Shown: piece by piece, positions 41,811 through 48,738 of the stretch
Numbering within the stretch: the first letter of the stretch is position 1
Layout: each line of letters starts with the position of its first letter
IMG/VR virus record: IMGVR_UViG_3300025789_000021
DNA: 64,000 nt
Source of the DNA: an uncultured virus (IMG/VR IMGVR_UViG_3300025789_000021)
Taxonomy: Duplodnaviria > Heunggongvirae > Uroviricota > Caudoviricetes
Direction: 5' to 3' (one strand)
Notes under the pieces: generated by a model
Told to the model about the DNA's origin: nothing
Seen by the model: only the letters and a program-made list of their open reading frames with translations
Databases searched by the model: none
Program-made: the position numbers and the translations under genes

Positions 41811-41842
41811 TGTTGCATTAATGCAACATATTGTGGTATAAT
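41811..41842 (+). promoter_or_regulatory. Sigma70-like promoter for the late sigma gene with an overlapping 18-bp palindrome
   Basis: TTGCAT 41813-41818, extended -10 TGGTATAAT ending at 41842, palindrome TGTTGCATTAATGCAACA at 41811-41828. Confidence 0.65.
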
Positions 41843-41866
41843 TATTGTTAACGTAAAGGAACACAC

Positions 41867-42772
41867 GTGGCAACAACACCAATCACAAAACCGACTAAGA
41901 AGGTAAATTATCTAAACAATCGCGACATTCTTAAAGAAATACACAAAAGCAAGACTACCTATTGCTATTTCACTGATCCAGAATATCATGCATATGATCT
42001 GATCATTGATGCTCCTGAAAGTTCAATTGAATTTGCTCTTGAGTATGCATTAAAGCCCGAACAGGTTCAGTCCGCAAAGACATCACGAGCGGCAAGATTA
42101 ACATTAGAGTCGGGTGAAAAAATTCTCCCTGAATCAATTCCAACAGAGGATTTAGTATTTCGTGTGATGACTTGGGACCACATTCCTGTTTCACAGAAGC
42201 AACCAAGAAAAACAAACCGAAAGAAAACTGCAAAAGATATCATTGTATTTGATGAAGATGAAGGCGAAGATTTCTCTGATTTAGAAGATAAGACCACTAA
42301 AGGTGAAGTAGACGACATGGTTCATGTCAAAGTAAACTTTCCACCATTCCAACATTTTAAACTTGATGAAACAAATACGTTCAGATGTGTAGGTAAGTCT
42401 CATTGGGTTGATGGGTTGGAGAATGGACATTTCTCAAAGGATCATGGCAACATCACCAATAAACTGGCGAGAATGTATATGATGCTATGTGAAAAGTATG
42501 CAATGAAGTTTAACTGGCGTGGATATACATACAACGATGAAATGAAAGCCAGTGCGGTCCTACAATTGACTTATGTTGGACTCAGATTTAACGAAGCGAA
42601 ATCAGCTAATCCATTTGCTTATTATACCGCTGCTATCACAAATAGTTTCTGCCGAGTGCTAAACACCGAAAAGCGTAACCAAAATATCCGCGATGACATC
42701 TTGGAAATTAATGGGCTGAACCCTTCGTTCTCGCGACAGATGAGGGAAAATAAAACAACAGTTTTGGACTAA
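41867..42772 (+). CDS. gp55: Late transcription sigma factor (T4 gp55-like)
   Basis: NYLNNRDIL..I, NWRGYTYNDEM...A.LQL, FNEAKSANPFAYYT..ITNSF motifs; precedes gp47/gp46 as in T4-like phages. Confidence 0.85.
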   Translation: MATTPITKPTKKVNYLNNRDILKEIHKSKTTYCYFTDPEYHAYDLIIDAPESSIEFALEYALKPEQVQSAKTSRAARLTLESGEKILPESIPTEDLVFRVMTWDHIPVSQKQPRKTNRKKTAKDIIVFDEDEGEDFSDLEDKTTKGEVDDMVHVKVNFPPFQHFKLDETNTFRCVGKSHWVDGLENGHFSKDHGNITNKLARMYMMLCEKYAMKFNWRGYTYNDEMKASAVLQLTYVGLRFNEAKSANPFAYYTAAITNSFCRVLNTEKRNQNIRDDILEINGLNPSFSRQMRENKTTVLD

Positions 42773-42786
42773 GTGAATGATAATGT

Positions 42787-42815
42787 TTGCTTTTTTCAAT
42801 GACTTATAGTATAGT
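42787..42815 (+). promoter_or_regulatory. Sigma70-like promoter
   Basis: TTGCTT-N17-TATAGT just before the gp47 start. Confidence 0.5.
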
Positions 42816-42823
42816 TAGAACAT

Positions 42824-43840
42824 ATGAAAAACCTATTCAAAAAAGCAGCAGTGTTCACTGATATACATTTCGGACTAAAGAGTAACAGCCTACAGCACAA
42901 TCAAGATTGCGCAGATTTCGTTGATTGGTTTATATCAAAGGCAAAAGAGGAGGGGTGTGAAACATGTTTGTTTCTTGGTGATTGGAATCATCATAGAGCA
43001 AGTATAAACATTCACACCCTTCAATTTGGGTTACGTGCTTTAGAAAAATTAAACAATGCATTTGAGCGTGTTTTATTCATTCCGGGAAACCATGATCTTT
43101 ATTACCGTGATCGCAGAGACATTCACTCGGTAGAGTGGGCATCACATCTTCCCAATATCACAATCGTTAATGATTGGTTTTGTGAAGGGAATGTTGTCAT
43201 TGCGCCATGGCTTGTTGGTGATGATTATAAGAAGTTACCAAAATTAAAAGGCAAATATATGTTTGGGCACTTTGAACTGCCAAACTTCTACATGAACGCA
43301 ATGGTTCAAATGCCTGATCATGGAGAACTTAACTTAGACCATATTCAGCAATTTGATAAAGTATTCTCCGGTCACTTTCATAAGAGACAGGCAAGAAGGA
43401 ACGTATGGTACATTGGAAACGCGTTTCCCCATAACTATGCGGACGCTGGTGACGATGCCAGAGGAATGATGGTACTTGAGTGGGGAGAAGAGCCTGAGTT
43501 TCATGCATGGCCACAACAGCCGCTATTCAGAGTATACAAACTCAGTGACGTTCTGGACAATCCTGATGGGTTACTTCTTCCTAAGACAAACGTTCGTGTC
43601 CATCTTGACATTGACATTTCATATGAAGAGGCGAACTTCATTAGAGAAACTCTGATACCAACACATAATCTTCGTGAAATGTCGCTCATTCCAATAAAGA
43701 ATAGCGAGCACATTCAAGATTTAGAAACAGGTGAACTTAAGTTTGAATCAGTTGATCAAATAATTGTTGACCAAATTACCGCCATAGAGAGCGATTTCTA
43801 TGATTCTAAACTTCTGTTGGCTATTTATGAGTCAATATGA
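42824..43840 (+). CDS. gp47: Recombination endonuclease subunit (gp47/Mre11/SbcD-like)
   Basis: Metallophosphoesterase motifs TDIHFG, LGD, GNHD, GH and SGHFH. Confidence 0.92.
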   Translation: MKNLFKKAAVFTDIHFGLKSNSLQHNQDCADFVDWFISKAKEEGCETCLFLGDWNHHRASINIHTLQFGLRALEKLNNAFERVLFIPGNHDLYYRDRRDIHSVEWASHLPNITIVNDWFCEGNVVIAPWLVGDDYKKLPKLKGKYMFGHFELPNFYMNAMVQMPDHGELNLDHIQQFDKVFSGHFHKRQARRNVWYIGNAFPHNYADAGDDARGMMVLEWGEEPEFHAWPQQPLFRVYKLSDVLDNPDGLLLPKTNVRVHLDIDISYEEANFIRETLIPTHNLREMSLIPIKNSEHIQDLETGELKFESVDQIIVDQITAIESDFYDSKLLLAIYESI

Positions 43841-43944
43841 TTCTTTAGTTTCCATCCGTATGCGCGATTTCTCTTTCCTTTACCGATATAATATGGGGTA
43901 AGATCAGATTTACGCAGGTATGCATAAACGTAATAAATATTCAT
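43825..43944 (-). pseudogene. Truncated GIY-YIG homing endonuclease remnant (39 codons)
   Basis: My translation MNIYYVYAYLRKSDLTPYYIGKGKRNRAYGWKLKNHIDS*; AAGGAG Shine-Dalgarno upstream. Confidence 0.75.
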
Positions 43945-44029
43945 TGCTGATAGCTCCTTCTTAGCAATTAGAGTGGGTGGGGATTGCAGTCCCGTGACTC
44001 ACATTTATTTATATATTTAACAAAAACCA

Positions 44030-44058
44030 TTGATTTATACCTAACAGGATGTTATAAT
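44030..44058 (+). promoter_or_regulatory. Sigma70-like promoter for gp46
   Basis: TTGATT-N17-TATAAT, ending 6 nt before ATG 44065. Confidence 0.65.
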
Positions 44059-44064
44059 ACTATC

Positions 44065-46152
44065 ATGTCAATCATTCTCAAAAATATAACCCTTCGTAAC
44101 TTCCTTTCAATTGGAGCAGTTACCCAAGCAGTAAATTTTGACAGCAAAGAATTAACTCTTATCATGGGTCAAAATTTAGACCTTGGAGGAGATGGTGCAA
44201 GAAATGGAACGGGCAAAACCACTCTGATACAAGGGCTGGCTTATGTTCTATTTGGTTCACCAATTAATAGCATTCGTAAAGATAACCTTATCAACCGCAC
44301 CAATGGTAAAGGTATGATGGCTACTCTTGAATTTAGTGCTAATGGGATTGACTATAAGATTGAACGAGGAAGAAAACCAAACATCCTTAGGTTCTTCGTG
44401 AATAATAGTTTACAAGAGCATAAAGACGATTCCGCTCAAGGTGAAAACAAGGAAACTCAGGCTGCAATTGAGCGCGCTATCGGTATGTCATCCGATATGT
44501 TCAAGCATATTGTTGCTTTGAATACGTATTCAGAGCCATTCCTTGCCCTTGGTTCAGGACCACAAAGAGATATTATTGAACAGTTGCTTGGTATTACCTT
44601 GTTGTCCGAAAAGGCTAAAGCCATAAAGGATAAACTGAATGTCAATAAAGATAATATCCAGCAAGAAGAATTCAAGGTCAAGGCTATTGAAGAAGCAAAC
44701 AAAAGAGTTCAGGAACAAATTGAAAGCCTAAAACGTAGACAGTCTTTGTGGATCAAGAAACATGAGGCAGATTTAAATAGTCTTGTAACAGACTATGATG
44801 AACTAAGCAAGATTGATATTGAGGCGGAATTACAATCTCATAAAGACTTCTCTGTATATCAAGAAAAAAAGAAAAAGCAAGATGCAATCAGTGCGCTCGT
44901 CGCTAGACAAGTAGCATGGAAGCAAAAGCAGTCCAAGGATATTGCTGCTCTTCAAAGCACATATGATGCTCTGAGTCATATTGATATTGATGCGGAATTA
45001 CAAGCCCACAAGTCCGTTGCCGAATGGAAGCATAAAAAGGCTGATGCCGATAAGTTCAACTTGACAAAGGCGAATCTAGAAAAGAATATTATTCGCGAAA
45101 CCGGAATCATCAAGAAACTTTCAGAAGAAATTGCAACTTTGGAAAGTAACAGGTGCTATGCATGTGGTCAAGATTTTCATGATGAAAATCATGTAACCGT
45201 TTTGGACGATAAAAAGGCATTGCTTGCTTCTGCACAGAACGATCTTACCCAAAACCAAAATGATTTAGAAAAAATAAAAAATGCATTAAATGATTTGAAT
45301 TTGGGTAAACAGCCATCCACTCATTATAAGACTGAATCCGAGGCGATCAAACACAGTTCCGAACTTGAAAACATTCAAAATAAAATTGCTTCTAAAAACC
45401 ATGAGACCGATCCCTATGCTGAGCAAATTACAGAAAATGATACCTTAGAAGCCCTCGGACCCGTTCCAAAGACTATATACGATACTGAAGCGCAGGCGAT
45501 TGAACATAGATCAACCGTGCATAACCTGCTGCAACAGATTGAACGTAAGGTAGCAGAAGTTGATCCCTATGCTGAGCAGGTTATTGAAATGGAATCTAAA
45601 GCATTACAAGAAATTGATTTTGAAAAGATCAACGAGTTGTCACGTTATGGTGATCACTTGAAGTTTCTCATGGACCTATTGACCAGTAAAGACTCATTTA
45701 TTCGTAAGAAGATCATTGATCAAAACTTGTCCTATTTAAACGCAAGACTTACTCATTATCTGGATAAAATGGGACTGCCCCATACTGTTATCTTCAAGAA
45801 TGACTTGTCGGTTGAAATTACTGAACTCGGGCGTGAGTTGGATTTTGATAATTTATCACGCGGTGAGCGGAACCGACTGATTCTTGGTCTTTCGTTTGCA
45901 TTTAGAGATGTGTGGGAAAACTTGTATCGTCCTATTAATACTTTGTTCATTGACGAATTGATTGACTCGGGCTTAGACTCTATAGGAGTTGAAAACGCAA
46001 TGGCTGTTCTCAAAGAAATGTCTCGTAACCGCAACAAGTCAATCTGGCTCGTTTCACACAGAGAAGAACTTGCAGGGCGTGTTCCAAGTGTTCTCAAGGT
46101 TGTCAAGGAGGCTGGGTTCACCTCATATTCCACATCAACCGATATAGAATAA
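44065..46152 (+). CDS. gp46: Recombination ATPase (gp46/Rad50/SbcC-like)
   Basis: Walker A NGTGKT, zinc hook CYAC, signature LSRGE, Walker B LFIDE, LVSH; likely start ATG 44065. Confidence 0.93.
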   Translation: MSIILKNITLRNFLSIGAVTQAVNFDSKELTLIMGQNLDLGGDGARNGTGKTTLIQGLAYVLFGSPINSIRKDNLINRTNGKGMMATLEFSANGIDYKIERGRKPNILRFFVNNSLQEHKDDSAQGENKETQAAIERAIGMSSDMFKHIVALNTYSEPFLALGSGPQRDIIEQLLGITLLSEKAKAIKDKLNVNKDNIQQEEFKVKAIEEANKRVQEQIESLKRRQSLWIKKHEADLNSLVTDYDELSKIDIEAELQSHKDFSVYQEKKKKQDAISALVARQVAWKQKQSKDIAALQSTYDALSHIDIDAELQAHKSVAEWKHKKADADKFNLTKANLEKNIIRETGIIKKLSEEIATLESNRCYACGQDFHDENHVTVLDDKKALLASAQNDLTQNQNDLEKIKNALNDLNLGKQPSTHYKTESEAIKHSSELENIQNKIASKNHETDPYAEQITENDTLEALGPVPKTIYDTEAQAIEHRSTVHNLLQQIERKVAEVDPYAEQVIEMESKALQEIDFEKINELSRYGDHLKFLMDLLTSKDSFIRKKIIDQNLSYLNARLTHYLDKMGLPHTVIFKNDLSVEITELGRELDFDNLSRGERNRLILGLSFAFRDVWENLYRPINTLFIDELIDSGLDSIGVENAMAVLKEMSRNRNKSIWLVSHREELAGRVPSVLKVVKEAGFTSYSTSTDIE

Positions 46153-46190
46153 AAAAAATACGTGCGTTGGTAAAAGAGATAAATCAGTAT

Positions 46191-46760
46191 ATGACATCAC
46201 CACAGAAAGCAAAAGGCTCTTCATTTGAACGCGAAGTAGCAAAATTCTTATCCGAAACATACAACGAAAGTTTTATCAGAGCGCCGGGTTCAGGTGCGTA
46301 TGTGGGCGGCAAGAATCAAGCTCGTAAGGAGTTCCTTCATGAGGGACAGGTTCGCAGTTTCAAGGGTGATATCGTGCCGGGACAGTCTTTTACAAAATTC
46401 AACGCAGAATGCAAATCTTATGCAGATTTCCCATTTCATCAGTTATTAACTGGCAATTGCAAAGTATTTGATACTTGGATTGAACAGCTTATGGCAGTGG
46501 CAGACGAAGGCGATTGTAACATTCTATTCATGAAGTTTAATCGTAAAGGTCGTTATGTAGCCGTTCAAGCTAAGTATACATGGATAACCGATTATTTCAC
46601 TTACTATAGTTCACCTACAGTAGGTGATTGGATATTCATTGAATTTGACCATTTTTTTAAAAACAACAAAGACTTATTTAAATCATATTCAAGCTCAACA
46701 TCCAGCACCGCAGACACCATGTCAGAACCCCCATCTAATATTCTCACCCTAAACATTTAA
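46191..46760 (+). CDS. PD-(D/E)xK nuclease, Holliday junction resolvase-like
   Basis: KAKGSSFEREVA...GDI...ECK motif; likely start ATG 46191. Confidence 0.7.
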   Translation: MTSPQKAKGSSFEREVAKFLSETYNESFIRAPGSGAYVGGKNQARKEFLHEGQVRSFKGDIVPGQSFTKFNAECKSYADFPFHQLLTGNCKVFDTWIEQLMAVADEGDCNILFMKFNRKGRYVAVQAKYTWITDYFTYYSSPTVGDWIFIEFDHFFKNNKDLFKSYSSSTSSTADTMSEPPSNILTLNI

Positions 46761-46799
46761 TCTAATATCTAGCCCATTTAAACCTAACACAAAACCAAC

Positions 46800-47270
46800 C
46801 CCACATTGATGTCTGGTGTACGTTCGTAGACCCTCCTTGAGGAAGCAGGATTTAAACCCCCTGTAGTCCGGATTCTGGAGTATGCCTGACCGAGAGGTCA
46901 GTGCCAGATTCAACATAGTCTGGTGGATGTTGATAGTAATATCAACCGCAAAACACTACACATCAATTGGTGTGTTGATTTGTGTTTAGGAATACCGACA
47001 GGGCAATCGTTAGTAGACGAACCCTGAATGAGTCTGTACCCTGTTTATCTCGTGGGAACAGAACATGCGTTGCCGAGGGGTCGGAAAGACCGATAGCCTC
47101 ACTACACCTCCATAAATACCTTACAGGGCAACCGGTGGCGGTCAACAGCGATTAAAAGGCTAGTTGACCGGGAGAGAGATAATAATGAATGACGGCCATG
47201 GCAAGTTGTAAATTAGTAGTGCTTTCTTACGGAAGCACTACTATGTCTTCAAACCGGCAATGCTATTTAA
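46800..47270 (+). ncRNA. Candidate large structured non-coding RNA of unknown class
   Basis: No credible ORF, GC-richer than its surroundings, about ten hairpins plus long-range helices, GNRA loops on the + strand (see findings). Confidence 0.65.
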
Positions 47271-47343
47271 GAAGCACCTAAATGATCATTACTCTTCTTA
47301 AGAATAATAAAAAATAATCTAAAAAAATCAATTCTGAAAGAAA

Positions 47344-47413
47344 TGAAAACGAACAAAGTGAGTTTTCAGATGAACGAAGTTCATCAATCATATTGAAACA
47401 ATTGATGAACTTC
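47344..47413. repeat. Cluster of overlapping inverted repeats between convergent units
   Basis: TGAAAAC/GTTTTCA; GATGAAC-GAA-GTTCATC; 13-bp GAAGTTCATCAAT/ATTGATGAACTTC. Confidence 0.7.
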
Positions 47414-47436
47414 TTATGGATTCCGGATAGAAATAA

Positions 47437-47667
47437 TTAGAAGAATGGCATTTGAGTTTTTTTAGTAACTTCGAGATTGCCATCAATTACTTCTTGTATT
47501 GCACCCCTCTCAGATTCAGACATATTGAGAATATCTTCGTATGATACCCCACCACGCATATACCAAGACAGCGTTAATGCTGATTTCTTTACTGCCGCGA
47601 CATCCTTTTCATATCCTTCTAGCAGCTTTCTAATCTCTTCGGGCTTAGAGTTTAGAAGCCTTACACG
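47437..47667 (-). CDS. Start-less ORF (76 codons), probable -1 frameshift extension of the upstream chaperone (gp51-like position)
   Basis: RVRLLNSKPEEIRKLLEGYEKDVAAVKKSALTLSWYMRGGVSYEDILNMSESERGAIQEVIDGNLEVTKKTQMPFF*; entered through T TTT TTC at 47673-47667. Confidence 0.75.
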   Translation of the reverse strand, partial: RVRLLNSKPEEIRKLLEGYEKDVAAVKKSALTLSWYMRGGVSYEDILNMSESERGAIQEVIDGNLEVTKKTQMPFF

Positions 47668-48644
47668 AAAAAATCTGATGGATTTAAAGTAAATGGTTGA
47701 GTGTATTCATGGTTACATTGTGGGCATTGCATGTTGAGAGGTTTAATTTCTCCTGCTTCCTTCAGTGAAGCATTATAATCTCTAAGTTTAACAAATAAAT
47801 TTCTATCACAATTTTTTAAAAAATCAAGAATGAAAGTTTTATCTGTTACCTTTGTAGCAGGAGTTTGAATATACTCAATAGTAGATGATAATAGTTCAAG
47901 AGTTAATGTTGTAATTTTTTCTAGCGCAGCATGACTTTTTTCGTCTCTTTCTTTTGCGTCTTCAATCATGGTAATACTTGAAAACTCTCTCTGAATTTCA
48001 AATTGCTTCAATGAAACATCGTTTATTTCTCTATACGTGAGTGGTCTAAACTTTACATTTAGGTCTCCCGTATCATACAATGTGTTATAATCTGACACAC
48101 CAAGAGTTGATAACATTCCCATGAGATTTACGCCAAATTTGGTTTCTTCGTCGCATCCGGGACAAGTAGTTTCAATTTCCATGTCTCCTGAACTACCCGC
48201 TGCTTTAATACCAATTAAAATTGCATCCAAATCAACATTAGTAACTGACCATGGGTCCTTGATATTTGGAATACAACTTCTAATCAATTCCGCAACGGCA
48301 GAACCGTTAAACAATGCATCAGGTGTTCTTGCCGTAATCTCGTCAATTGCAGTCATTGGGTATACTGGAAGTTCTCCCGTTTCTGGCATATCAATTGCAC
48401 CAACAGGATACCCTATGCCACCACTCGGTAATTTAATATGAACAGTTGGTCTTCTAAAATATTGACGAAGTGGGTTAACATCTGATGGTGGTACTTGTGT
48501 TGGATTCATCGTCTGTGGTATAGGTGAATTTACAAATTGATCTGTTGTGTTTGTAGGTAGATCATTATAAATTGGAGTGAATCCGGCTACTGGGATTCCC
48601 ATATTTGTATTCTGGGTAGGTGGAATAGGAATGTTATTGTCCAT
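47661..48644 (-). CDS. Baseplate hub / tail assembly chaperone (gp26-like)
   Basis: IKLPSGG..YP, VYPMTAIDEI, two CPxC motifs and a C-terminal DFF; adjacent to the tape measure gene. Confidence 0.75.
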   Translation of the reverse strand: MDNNIPIPPTQNTNMGIPVAGFTPIYNDLPTNTTDQFVNSPIPQTMNPTQVPPSDVNPLRQYFRRPTVHIKLPSGGIGYPVGAIDMPETGELPVYPMTAIDEITARTPDALFNGSAVAELIRSCIPNIKDPWSVTNVDLDAILIGIKAAGSSGDMEIETTCPGCDEETKFGVNLMGMLSTLGVSDYNTLYDTGDLNVKFRPLTYREINDVSLKQFEIQREFSSITMIEDAKERDEKSHAALEKITTLTLELLSSTIEYIQTPATKVTDKTFILDFLKNCDRNLFVKLRDYNASLKEAGEIKPLNMQCPQCNHEYTQPFTLNPSDFFV

Positions 48645-48738
48645 TTTTTTAATTTCCTCAAAATGATGGTTTTAGAAATGCTAAATACATAAGAGTATTT
48701 ATTGTACAAAAATACCAAAATATATTTAGGTTGAGATA

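Noticed and set aside
43984..44064. N-terminal extensions in the ORF track for gp46 (also 55460, 56411, 59587, 62214, 32653)
   Set aside because: They run through promoters or upstream genes; downstream ATGs fit the RBS, promoter and motif positions better.
46963..47145. 60-aa minus-strand ORF within the structured region
   Set aside because: No RBS, atypical composition, and it lies antisense to the GNRA-bearing strand.
46800..47270. Group I/II intron, tmRNA, RNase P or tRNA cluster
   Set aside because: No interrupted gene and no hallmark motifs that I could recognise by eye; left as an unknown RNA pending an Rfam search.
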